A DNA stretch of 63,067 nt, counting the filler, from Hyphochytrium catenoides (Eukaryota > Protista > Hyphochytriomycota), in the NCBI GenBank assembly GCA_900088475.1. It is 9 parts of 9 records of this genome, joined end to end, with 100 filler letters (N's around TTAATTAATTAA, not from the genome) between each part and the next. Parts side by side here need not be neighbours in the genome. Positions count along the whole stretch, not along the records: positions 1 to 23,268 come from FLMG01001708.1; 8 more parts are not named here. One strand, written 5' to 3'. Under the pieces are notes generated by a model. The model was not told the origin of the DNA, did not search any database, and saw nothing but the letters and a program-made list of their open reading frames with translations. Below are positions 1-12,039 of this stretch, one piece after another. How positions within the stretch are numbered: position 1 is the stretch's first letter; each line of letters opens with the position of its first letter. Made by a program: the position numbers and the translations under genes.

Positions 1-462
1 TAGAGATTCCTCCTACTCTGTCCTTCTGCCTTTCTTCTCATCTCTGTCCTTCTGCCTTTCTTCTCATCTCTCTCTCTCTCTTTTTTCTTTTCCCTTCCAG
101 TTTTTCTCTCTCCGTGCCGACATTCTTCCCGCGTCGTTCGCTCCATCTCTTCAACTGGATTGGTGACACTTTGGGGTGCCTTTCTCTTTCTGAGCTATTG
201 CGCTCCAAGTTGTCTTTTGACTTCTCCACTGGGGTGGAGTTCCGTCTCTTCTTCCTCTTGGGTGCGTGCACATGATCTGTCTGTGCCTATCTCCTTCTCT
301 TTTTCGCTGCTTCTCACTCGGTCTCTTCACTCCGCTTCAGCCCCCTCCTTCCCACTTCTCTCTAGCATAGAGTCACCCTACTCTCTTTCTGCATTCTCTT
401 ACTAATGGCAATACCTTCTTGTTGCTCTTTATTCTGACTCTCTAACCCCGTTCGCCCTCCAG

Positions 463-1032
463 GACCTCGACTTCGATGCGTACGAAGAGGAAATGGAAGC
501 TCGAACAGTGATGGATGCTATCGACAAAAGAGTGAAACTGATTGAAGAAGAGGTAGAGAAAGAAGAGAAGGAACTAGCATCAGAGAATCAGACAGAAGAC
601 CAAGAAGGAGGAATGCCCACCGCAGAGAATAAGCCCGTGACCCTCAGCGCCGAGAATCTTGGAAAATATAGCAAAGGCGATGGGCGCAAGGAAGTGGATG
701 ATGACGCTGTCAGCGTAGCTAGCACGGTAAGCCTTATTCCTATTTTATTGCCTTCAATATTTCTCTGTCTGAATAAGGCGCCACTCGATGCGCTTCGCTC
801 CCTCCAGATCCTGTCAGAAGCTAAGGAGTTACGCCATATCCACTCTGGCAAGTCAGTGGCTGCTCTAGCCCGGCGTGCTAAGGAGAAGCTGCATGCGATT
901 GAAGAAGACTTTGACAAAGACTTTCCTTCACGGCCTAAGGTGGTGGTCATTGACGAAGACAAGGGCGTCAGACTCAACAAGAACAAGGATGTTAGCAACC
1001 TACCGTACATGCATAGGAATCCGGCAGTCTAA
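463..1032 (+). CDS. 3' part (last two exons) of an uncharacterised conserved-type protein ending ...SNLPYMHRNPAV
   Basis: Acceptor cctccag at 456-462, then DLDFDAYEEEMEARTVMDAIDKRVKLIEEE. An in-frame 81-nt intron at 727-807 (gtaag...ctccag) removes a hydrophobic, non-coding-looking stretch and joins DDDAVSVAST to ILSEAKELRHIHSGKSV. TAA at 1030-1032. Upstream exons were not identified. Confidence 0.7.
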   Translation, partial: DLDFDAYEEEMEARTVMDAIDKRVKLIEEEVEKEEKELASENQTEDQEGGMPTAENKPVTLSAENLGKYSKGDGRKEVDDDAVSVASTVSLIPILLPSIFLCLNKAPLDALRSLQILSEAKELRHIHSGKSVAALARRAKEKLHAIEEDFDKDFPSRPKVVVIDEDKGVRLNKNKDVSNLPYMHRNPAV

Positions 1033-1873
1033 TGGATATAAGCGCAGAGCACAGAGAGAGAGACAGAGAGAGAAGGGGAGAGAGATGCAAGAGGACAGCA
1101 CTACCCGCAGTGAGATCGCAGGCCGCTGCGAAGGAGCAAGGGAAAGAGAGAGAACGAGACGTTGGGAGGAATTTGGACAGCCGTAACTGCGTTCTCTATA
1201 ATAAGCTCAACAAGAAGCACCACGAGTCCTAGTGAACTATCTACTGCTTTACTCTCTCTCAGCACCTTCCGATAATATGTGAACTTCCCCATCGACCTCA
1301 AACCCTCCGTAGTCTCAGGGTTAGAGGAGCTGGAGAAGGAAGAAAGAACATTGAGTCGTAAGCCTGTAAGTGAGAGAAAGAATCTACCTCATAAGCCCTG
1401 ATAGTCAGAAATTGAGGAAATGACCGCGGTGACGTTGGAGATGATGGCTCGCGTATGAAGATACAAGAGGATAAGTGCCTTACTTCGAGGAGTATTTGCA
1501 GTAGAGAGAAGTGATAGAGACAAGGACTGTCTTAGAAAACTAAGGAGAGAGGTTAAAGGAAGAAGCGAGCGTCCGGAAAGAGCTAAGAGTTCTAAGAGAC
1601 CCATAGGCATAGGATGCGCTAAATAGTTTTTACTGTTTACTAAGAGAAGATCCATTCGTAGGCGCCAACCAAAGGACGATTCTTCATACCCAAGCGACAA
1701 CGCTTCCACATTGACAATTCGTTTGAAAATCTTGACCCTCTGGTCTCACCTCTTCCCTGTCTTGTTCACCTCAACATAAACTCTTTCTGCACCTCACTCC
1801 TCTCACTACGGGGGACTATGCACTTCTCAACCGAGGCTTGCCATAAGAGAGTGATCGGGCAGAGCATAGATGT

Positions 1874-4800
1874 CTACCTCCTCCCTGGTCGTTTCGCCTT
1901 GACCACTCTTCGACCTGTGGCGGTGGTCTTGGGTGCGCTACCAAGAGAAAATCCGCCAGCAGGTGGACCCGCAGGGGCGCCAAACGTGGACTGCGAGCTT
2001 GGTGCTCCAAAGGTGAATGCGGGTGTTCCCCCAGCTCCTCCACCACCGAACGTGGAGCTCGGTGCTCCTCCAAAGGTCGGCGCTGGAGTGGATGGAGCCC
2101 CAAATGCAGGTGTGGAAGGTGCCCCAAAGGTTGAGGCTGGAGTTCCAAAGGCTGGTTGACTAGATCCGAAGTTTGTTGGGGAAGGCTGTGCGGAGGGAGC
2201 ACCAAAGTTCCCGCCAAAGGATGAGCTACCGGGTGGAGCGCCTCCGAACCCGGAACTGGAAAGGCCAAAGCCTGAAGTACTAGAACCACTGAAGGGAGCT
2301 GTTGAGGCGGGCCCTGAAGAGCCAAACCCGCTACTAGCCCCAAAGGCTCCAGACGATGAGCCACCAAAAGGGGAAACGGTGGACCCACTGCCAAAGGCAG
2401 GAGTAGATAGACTGGAGCTCGAAGGTTTTCCACCTACAGGAGATCCTGTGTCCATTGAAGCGTCCGCTCCGGTCTTGCTTGCAGGAGTCTGGAGAGAAGG
2501 AGCAGCACTGCCGAAGCCTCCAAATGAAGAAGTATTTGAAGAAGAAGGAGCGCCAAATGTGGCACTACTCGCTGCGCCAAAGCCTTGTGTAGAGGAAGGG
2601 GTCCCGAAGGCCGGAGCTGACGAAGACGAGGTTGCTCCGAAAAGAGTTGTGGAAGAGGAGCCAGAAGTCCCGAAGCCAAATGAGGGCCCAGAGGTTGAAG
2701 AAGGTGTTAAAGTACTACTCGCCTTGTCGCTTGTCTCTGAGGTTGCGCTTTTACCACCAAAGTTAAAGGGGGAAGGAGATGCAGCGCCGAATGGCACAGT
2801 TGTCTTGCTTTCCTCCTTCGCAGGAGTCCCAAAGGTGAATGAAGGGCCTGCTGATACGGAAGAAGAGGAAAAGCCAAGGGAAGGATTTTTTCCGTCGGCT
2901 TTCTCTCCCCCAGACCCGACAACGAAAGAACTAGTGACCGAGCTTTCTTGAGAGCTAGAGCTAATGGAAGAATGTTTGTCTGAGGCGCCGAAAGCTGAGG
3001 GCACTCCCGCACCAAAGGTCACCGGCCCTTCACCACTTTTGGAGCCAAAAGTAAAGGGTGAGGTTACTCCGCCAGCCGATACTGGTGGGGCGGATGCTCC
3101 CTTGCCGTCGTCAGCGGTAGCAGAACCAAAGGTAAACCCTTTCGCACCCGCGTCATTTGAGGGTTGGCTTCCTCCAAATGAAAATGCGCTTCCAGAGGGA
3201 GCAGGGGAGGAAGGCTTACCAAAATTAAATAATCCGCTACCACTACCCGGTGCAGAGTTATCCACCTTTGAAATCTCCGCATTGTTTCCACCAACGTCGC
3301 TCTTTGAAGGACCATCCTTGCTTCCACTTCCGCTGGTACCAAACGTGAAGCCACCGGCACTGGTTGCCGAAGAGCCAAAGCTTGTCCCACCGGAGGACGA
3401 GGCTATGGGGGCAAATCCTGTGCTCATTTTCTTCTCCGGTGCCCCTCCCTCGTCTTCTACTCGGCCTCGCTTCTTCTGTGAAGCTTCTGCAGGATCGCCT
3501 GTTGAAGGCGCCCCACCGGACAATGTAGAACCAAAACTGAAGGTTGGCTTAGCCTCGACTCCACTTGAAGAGGACACGCCAAATCCAGTGGCTGGTGTGG
3601 CAGTGGAAATAGTGCTGGATGGGGCCTTAGGAGGAGCCCCAAAAGTGAAGGTGGGGGCATCCTTCTTTCCTTCTTTCCCCTCCACTGTGCTTTGAACTCC
3701 GAAGGACAAGGATGATGGAAGTTTTCCTCCTGAGGCCGAAAAGGCAGAAGGGACTGAAAAGCTTCCACCCTGACCCTTCTGCTCTGCTTCTGACTGAGAC
3801 TCTTCGCTCTTCCTCTTTTCAGCCGACACATTAGTCTCAGAAGTCGCAGATACGGAGAAGGGCTTAGTGCCGGGTCCATTAGTCGCAACAGCTGGACCGC
3901 CCCCTCCGAACGTAAACTGAGGCTGCAGTGCTGGAAGCTCAGAGTCCTTCGTTGTGGATCCAAAGGCTTCGGTGCCACTTGGCAGACCGAAGGTGAAGCC
4001 TGTCGCTGTCCCGACGGATGGCGTTGCTGCCAACGATGAAGAGTTCTCTTTACCAGAGGCTTTGCTTTCGTCCTTACCAGGTGTGAGACCAAAGGTGACT
4101 GTGGCCTGACTATTTGCATTGGGCGGGGGAATACCAAAAGTGAACTTTGGACCCGCTCCACTATCCCCAAGTGACCCAAAGATGGAAGAGCCACTTGAAC
4201 CTGTCGAAGGCGCCCCAGGTTTGGTCGTCTCACATGCTGCACACTTAACGGCATCTTTTTTGTTTGTAATGAGGCAGACCTCGCACTTCCAGCTTCCGGG
4301 TTCAGTCTTGCAGAGGAAGGATAGGTCGTTTGTTACTGCAGGAGGTTGCGGAACCTGGACGGAAGTCGTAGCGCTCGAACCGGCAGGAGGCTGAAAGGAT
4401 GTCGAGGCCGCGGCACTTTTATCCTTTGGTTTGGAAGTCTCGCATGCTGGGCACTTGTCCATATGTGCCTTGTTCCAACACAAACAAGCAGTGCACTGCC
4501 ATTCTGTCGGATCTCGTTTGAAAAGAGTTGCTAGGTCGTTCGTCACGTCCGGCGCTTTACTTGCAGATTGCGCGGCCTGCTTGTCTGCCGTATTCTTTAT
4601 GCTGCTGTTTGCTGGTGGCTTAGGAGCTGCTACTCTCTTTACGACTGTTGAGGGAGAGGGGGCCTTGGGCATGAAGCTAAAGAGTCCATCTGACTTGGCT
4701 CCTTCAGATCCTTCATAGCGGGGAGGAGTGAAGACGAACACAGCATCTGAAATATCGCCATCTATGTCCGCTGCGCCCACTACTCTCAGGGGTGCCGCAA

Positions 4801-7748
4801 AGCTGAACCTTTCACTCTCATTGCCTTCCAAACGAATAGCCTTTGCCTTTTCAGGGGGCGGAGTGAACATATAAGCAGAGGACTCTGCAACCTGCACGTG
4901 CTTACTCTTCTGTATGTTCTGAGGAGTGATTGGCGCAGAAAATTCGAATCCAGGCGACTTCTTTTCGTGCTTTTTCGTTGCATCCAATTGTACAGCTTGA
5001 GGTGGAAAAGCCAAACTTGGCTGCGCTGACGTAGCGCCCCCTAACGTGCCTCGAGGAGGCGTAGGAAGACTAACTGCTGGCGTCTCGGCCGCCTGCTTGG
5101 TAGCCGCTAGCGAGGGTGTAGCGGATGGCTTGATTCGCTCCTCCTATGAAAGTAGGATAGAGTCAACGCCTTGTCATGCATCAAAGCACGTAACAAAAAC
5201 TCACGTCTAGGGGCGATGACATTTCGCTTAGTGTCTCCAATATCTTTTGTGCTACAGTGCCAGAAGAGGAACCTTTTGTGCTCGCTGAAGACCGCTGCCT
5301 GGTAGCCAGCAGACGGGAAGGCCGAGGGCGAGACCGCAAGCCTCCGTATCTCGAAACGGTTGCAGACTGCAGTCCAGATCGCAATCGACTAGTCTCCGTG
5401 GCCAAAGCTGCGGTCCGCCTCAAAGGCTCCTGAGTGACGGACCTTCTGAGATCTGCACTGACAGCTTCCTTGGTACTCTCTACAGCTTCTCTCCTGTACA
5501 GCAAATAGACTTCAGTTCTACCAACTCATCCTAAGAGATTGTTTGAGACCTACCGGTCGCTCTCTGCGATTTCGAGCTCGCGATTATCCAGAAGTCGAGC
5601 TCTCTTAAGCGGTTGACTATGCTCCAAACTCCCCATAGACCTTAGGGAGTGGTCAGAGAAGGTCTACATAAGAACGCGGTGTTAAAGATATGTGTTAGTA
5701 GGAATGACATAATTGTCGCTGGATTGAGAGTACGTCTGAGCTGTGGCACTGTCACGTACCCGGCTAAGGCTACTTTGAGGACGGTATGCATAGGGGTTAG
5801 GTGTCAGGATCATAGGCGCTGGCGGTCTATGGAATGGCATGTAGGGAGGCGGCGGATACATATAGCCATAGGGAGGTGGAGGTACCGCGCCATACTCGTA
5901 GCCACTGATTGCTGGAGGCCAAGGGGCCTGTCCATATGGTGAATTAACGAATGCAGGGGATGACCCCAAACTGTCAGGCACCCGTTGTCGTTTTGGAGTA
6001 TCAGACGGCTCTCCCTGGCTCTGGTCGAAAGGCACTTGAGATTGGGAGGCCGAAGTCTGAATGGGAGGAGGTTCTGTTCCTTTGCGACCAGACGGCGGTG
6101 ACCTCTCACTCACCCTGGACTTATGCCCATCTTGTTCACTCCCTCCTTTCCTACGCTTCTCCTTCGCTTCTTGGGCTTTTGCCTTGTCGTCCCGTTCTTT
6201 AGGCTGAGATGCCTGCTTGGGCGGATTAGACTCTGGTCTCTCCGCAAGTGGTTCAGGACTACGAGTCACCAGGCGCTCCGGAGGCGGACTCGTAGCTTTT
6301 TCCACTAGTCTGGCCTTTTTGGCCGGCTGTCGAGGACTTGGTGTGCCTTCGCCACGGAGGATTACTCTAAGGTTAGCATTGGGAGGTGCACATTCAGTCA
6401 AGAGCTTCACTGCAGCACGAAAATCTTCAATGCTAAGCGTCTCCCCGCTACCAAGCTTCTTCGTTAATAACCTTTCCTGCAGAGTACCAGGGGTTGATGG
6501 CTCAGGTGAGAGGCTGGCACGCTCTCTCTTTCTCCGGGTGCCACGTACTTCTTCTTTTTCTATAGAGGTTTCCGTTTTTGTTGCTGCTACAGAGGGAGAT
6601 GAAGTAGAGGCAGCCGAAGCAGATACTTCAGACACGGTTCGCGCCAAGGTGGAAGCATCAGAAGCAATCGCCTCGAGACTGGTGGAATCCTGACTGTCGG
6701 CAATTATTGCAGCGATCTGAATTTGCTGCACCTCTTCAATCTGTCGTCGAGACTCTCCGTCTTCCTTCGACTCCTAACCAGTAAGATGGTAAGAATTGGA
6801 CAAGCGGAAATGCTTAGTGTGACTAGAGTACCTCTTCTTCCTGCGTTTGAGAGCTTAAAGAGTGATCATCGGGAATGACGTTCGATGCTTGGCCGCCTGA
6901 CTTTCTGGAGTTCCGTCTTGTGGTTGTTCGCACGGCATACGCCAAAACCTCGGCCTCTGGCTGCATTTCTGGAGGAGTACTATGACCCTTCACCATCTCA
7001 CTAGAAGTTAATGACTTATCGGGGTTGGCCTTGGTGGTTTGTGCCTTGGCCAATTGCTCTTCTAGCAACTTCCTTCTATGCTGGACGATGGTGTCAATGA
7101 GAATCGATTTCCGCACATATTTCTGGTTGTCAGGCTTATTGATAGGCTCCAGGTGGTAGGCTTCCAACTCTTCGCGAAGGTCCTTGACGGTGAGCCGTCC
7201 TAGCTTCTTGCGCTCACTCTCTTCCCAATCTGGCCAGATCACGTCATTATCTAAGCACAATTTTTGTCAGAGCGACAACTTGTTGATTGAACTTCCTGCA
7301 CTGCACCTTCATTGCGTGTGCTAACCTCATAACCGTCTATGCATACCTCCTACCTACCTTGCAGTGACGTGTCCGAAAGCTGAGGAGTTGCGTTGTCTTG
7401 GCCCTTGCCATTGCCTTCGATTGTCCCGCTCTCTTTAGAAGTGATAGAAGCACGCTGAGCAGGGAACAAGGAACCCGCATCTATCAACCTGTCAGACGGG
7501 ATACTAGAGTCATCATCTTCCTGGGGCATAGGAGGAATGGATCCTTGGCTCTCGTCTTCCTGAGAGCCAACCCAGGGCTTCAGAACAGAAAAAAATTTGC
7601 CCAGGAGTCCACTTCCCTCTTCCTCTGTCTCCTGTGACTCCGGCCGCACGCGAGTAGCACGCGGATATCTGCTATCTAATAGCTGGGTATGCCCAGCATT
7701 AACTCGGGATCTTGTCCTTCTTCGACCCGATGGGCTCGGCGCCTGCAT
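1874..7748 (-). CDS. NUP153: Nup153/Nup1-type nuclear basket nucleoporin (about 6 exons; RanBP2 zinc fingers and FG repeats)
   Basis: ATG at 7748 in GCCACCATG context. Phase-compatible GT-AG introns at 7357-7251, 6831-6774, ~5759-5666, ~5553-5494 and 5204-5144. N-terminal amphipathic GLLGKFFSVLKPW. Nup153-like motif AQKILETLSEMSSPLD. Two RanBP2 fingers (WQCTACLCWN...CPAC, WKCEVCLITN...CAAC). Long FxFG/PAFG region and basic C-terminus GRRVVKAKRPGRR. Confidence 0.88.
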
Positions 7749-8708
7749 GGTGGCGAATTAGCTGACAAGCTCGACTTAAATGATCCTTTTGGTCCTTTTG
7801 CTAAATTCTCCCATAGGCGACCAGCTGTAAAGAGAATGAAGAGCTCCTGGACGACGTATAGAGACCGGATCACAATGTCAGCATCTTGGTCACGTAGTCC
7901 GGCCACCAATAAAGGAGACTAGCCCGCCAAGAATAGGAGAGATAGGCTTAGGACGCCTGAGGCAGACTCTATGAATACGAAAATCAGATGTACGCTAGTG
8001 TGATATCTTCATTCCAATCTCCGTCTCGAGGATCTGCAAAACCTGCGGATTTCAAACTCTGTCACGTACAATTCGTCTGCGTAATAATTTCTATGGCTCT
8101 GCAGGAGTTAAATCTCTGTGGATATTTTGCAGACGGAAATTGAGTTTTTTTGTCGGACAGGCGAAGTGTGTGGCGGGCTGGGAACCCTAGGGGTGACGCC
8201 AGTTTAAATAGAGCAGATCTTAGGGCAAGGGTGCACCTGGGGTTTGCGGAGTCCATCCCTTTAGATATGGGTAAGAGCACAGTACAAGAGCTCACTCCAG
8301 GGGGATCTCCCTTCTCCAGTCACCGCTGCAAAATTCATTGGGACCTTTTCTATGTGCAAGAGGTAAGCCTTTTCATCCATTCTAGAACCTATTCTTTGTA
8401 CTATCGGCGTTGTGGCTTTGAGGAAATGGGCCATGGAGATGAAGTCGTTCACATCCCTCACCCTCATTGACAGAGTAGTCCAAATCTTCGTTCTTGCCTT
8501 TTGAGATTTATTGGATTCTGCGAAGGGGAACTGCCAATGGCAAGATCTACGGAGTGCTTTGATGAGAGAACACCTCCTATACTTTAGCGGGGTCTGCCAT
8601 ACTAGACATCAAGACTGCTCATCATGGTCTAGTTCTTGTTGTAAGGGTGGAAGGGAGATTAGGTGATTGCGTAGGGTGTTATTGGGCGGGAGTTACTGTT
8701 GGGAAAAG
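7749..8708. promoter_or_regulatory. Divergent (head-to-head) promoter region between the Nup153-like and PPIL4-like genes
   Basis: About 960 bp between ATG 7748 (-) and ATG 8709 (+), with no credible ORF. No specific elements were identified. Confidence 0.5.
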
Positions 8709-10926
8709 ATGTCGGTCATGATTGAGACTACCGTCGGCACTATAGTGCTGGACCTCTTCACAGAGCAGTGCCCAGTAGCTGCGAAGAACTTTCTCAAACT
8801 TTGCAAAATCAAGTACTATAACAATGTGCTTATCTTCAATGTACAGCAAAACTTCATCATCCAAACAGGTAATCCGCATTCTCATCTCCCCTACCTCCTG
8901 GCTAATCTGAAGCTGGAATTCTGAGGAAGAAGGAGTGATCTGACGGGCGGATGTTACAGGCGATCCCACCGGCACTGGAAAGGGTGGAACCTCTATTTAT
9001 GGCATCCTGTATGGAGATCAAGCTAAATTTTTCGAGGATGAACTCTTGGAGACTGTGAAGATTGACAAGAAAGGCCTGGTGAGTAGTGTTCTTTGATACG
9101 TCAGATTCCTCGTACGAGTTACTAATAGGTGAGACAGATCTGCATGGCGAACTCGGGACCAAATACCAACACCTCTCAGGCAAGTGGGTCTAACACTCTT
9201 GCCTAAGAATAGGCGAGAACTCTCACTAATGTCTTTTGTTGTCTGATGCAGTTCTTTATCACAGCTAGGGGGGATGACATGGAGCATTTAAATGGGAAGC
9301 ACACAATCTTGGGCGAGGTCGCGGAAGGTCTGGAGGTGATAGACAAGTTAAACGATCTTTATGTGGACGAAGATGGTCGTCCTTACCAAGACATCCGGAT
9401 CCTTCACACGTAAGAAGTCCGTCCGTTTCAACGTAATAGCGGCATAAAGTTAGTTGGGAACTAACGTTCGACTCCTTCTCTCAAGGTATATTCTGGATGA
9501 CCCATTTCCCGACCCGCCACAACTAGAGGTACCGGGAGCTTCTCCTCCTCCTGGACGACCAAAGGAAGAGACTGTCGCACCACGGCTTACGGAGGAAGAT
9601 CTAAAGGTTTGTACCTCGCTCTTTAGCACGGCTTCTGGCTTGCGTAGGCACATGCGATAACACGGTAGCACCCATCTGTAGGATGAAGGAAGAACTGCTG
9701 AAGAGATAGAAAAGAGCCTGAAGGACAAAGAGGCCAAATCAAGGGCGGTCGTCCTTGAGATGATTGGCGATCTCCCAGATGCTGACGTCAAGCCCCCCGA
9801 AGATGTCCTTTTTGTAGCTAAGGTAGGTCGATAGTGCTAGGTTGAGCTTTGCTCTTTTCTTGTCTTGCTACTGAGAGAAGAGTTGCCTTGGAAGGGCGTA
9901 ATAGAGTACAAGTACTATGGACTTATAGGCGTTTATTTGTTTGGGGGAGTATCATTGACTAACCGACCTAAACCGCCACGGACAATTGGCCGTATAGTCT
10001 AAGTCAACGTTTGCAGCTCAACCCAGTGACAACAGACGAAGATCTAGCTATCATCTTTTCTCAGTTTGGAGAGGTGCGGAAAGCGGAGATTATCAGGGAC
10101 TATAAAACCGGAGACAGTCTCTGTTACGGTTTCATTGAGTTCACCGACAGAGACGCGTGTGAAAAAGCCTATTTCAAGATGGATAACTGTCTAGTTGACG
10201 ATAGACGCATCAAGGTCAGGGAGCAATTGCAGGAGGGCCGCACAAAGCGTTTCTTACTCCTTGCAGACTCTTCTTCTTCACCTTTTGTCGCTGCTCAGAT
10301 GTCTCACTTGCTTTCCTGCTGCCACTCTTTAATATTTTAACAGGTGGACTTCTCGCAATCGGTCGCGAAGCTATGGAACAAATTTGCGCGGCGTCCTTGG
10401 GAAAAGCACTCCAAGGAAGATGAAGACCCCTATGAACTTGAAAAGGGAAAGCCGGGCTTTGGCAAAAATATAGAGCTGAAGACTAGGTATCAACATAATA
10501 GGGGAGGTGGAAAGTATCAGATCCTGGACGATGATGGGATGGAGGACTCAGGTATCGTGCCACCTTCATGTTGTCTATGTATCAAGCTTGGAATGTGCTC
10601 ATACTGGTTCTACAGGCAGGAGAAAGAGGCACCAGGGTGAAGGGAGAGATCAGGACAGGCATAGATACCATCACGGCTCTAGCAAAGATACAATTTCACG
10701 GTCTGAGAGAGGCAGATCCAGATCTAAAGGTGCCAGAAGTCCCAGTCCCAACAGAAGTGATAGAAATAGAAGAAGGTCACCTGGCAAGGGTGAAAGGGAT
10801 AGAGGGAGGCGCAATCGAAGCCGCAGCACTAGCCTTAATAGGAAGCGTCGGAGATCTGCTGATAGGGATAGAAGAAGGTCTAGGTCACCCGTCCATGACG
10901 ATCGAAGGCGACGCTGGGATCGATAA
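8709..10926 (+). CDS. PPIL4: Cyclophilin-RRM protein with RS-rich tail (PPIL4/CYP59/Rct1 family), multi-exon
   Basis: [38 protein letters not shown]...[86 protein letters not shown] motif [13 protein letters not shown] and [15 protein letters not shown]-rich last exon to TAA 10926. Confidence 0.95.
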
Positions 10927-12039
10927 CCGTCTAAAGATGGGGCTGTATCATCTATTCCAGTAGCTTTGGTTGGAATAGGATTTGGCCGCAGAACCATCAG
11001 GTCACGGCTGACTGTCCGAGGAGATAAGAGTATATAGCAAGAGGAAAGCGCAGGAAGACGAAGCTTTTCTCTATTAGCATCTGTCAAGGGCGACATCATT
11101 TATTAGAAAGTGCCTTGTCGGCTTTACTGTTAGTGCTATAAGAGAGCTCGAAAGGAAAGAAGCAGCTGACAGACGTGAGACCATCTGGCAGCAAAACCCA
11201 TCTAAGAAAGCCAATAACAGCCAGACAAGCCGTGACATCCCATATAATATCCGCAATTTCCTTGTTGGCACTTGATCTCCTTAGATCCCTTGTCCCAGGC
11301 CCCTCATCTTCACGTAGGGCCAGCTAGTAATTGTGCCGATGCAAATCCCTCTCTACCCTTACTCTTCTTGCATCTTCTTTCTACGGTTAATGGCCTTTTA
11401 ATGACCTCTTTATCATCCGTAGGCTATGGCAGCCCGATGAGTATGGAGAGGATGGTGCACTGCTTAAGGGCACTGCTGCGCACTGAACCGCGGGCCTAGG
11501 CCGCCACAATTGAAGAAGACAAGGAAAGGAGAATAACGGACATCTCTTCAGGCAAAGACACCCATATGGGCTACAAGGGTACAAGCTGCATGAATTTGGT
11601 CGATCCCTAGTGTCACTCAAACTCAAGGGACAAGGGAACCCACTTTACATTATGGGTAACATAGGATATATGGGTCATTAGATCTTTATCATGCAGCTTC
11701 CGCCAAGTCAAAGCGCAGGGGAAAACAGAGACCAGCAGCGCCGATGAGTGGCCGTTAGAAAGCTCTGCTGCCCGGCTCCGCAGAGCTCTGATAGATTTTT
11801 TGCAGAGTCCAGGCTCATACTTTGGGTTGATCAGAGCCGGCTTGCAGAAGCGCAGAGAGGAGCTAGGTTGGCGGGCGGTGTGATGCTGAGGATGTGGAGA
11901 AAAGAAAGATAGCCCAGTCCGAGTGAGAGGTATTGACGACAGCGGTCAAGGGAATGGCAGGGCATCTCTTCAGTAGCACCGGTTAAAAGAGCGGAAATCT
12001 CCTTCACTTTAGCCAGCTTCTGGCAGATTGGTAGACACG

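Noticed and set aside
1816-4718. Long overlapping and antisense ORFs over the nucleoporin
   Set aside because: They are shadows of the Gly/Ser/Pro/Ala-rich FG-repeat codons, with no independent protein signature. The same applies to plus-strand ORFs at 47252-48862.
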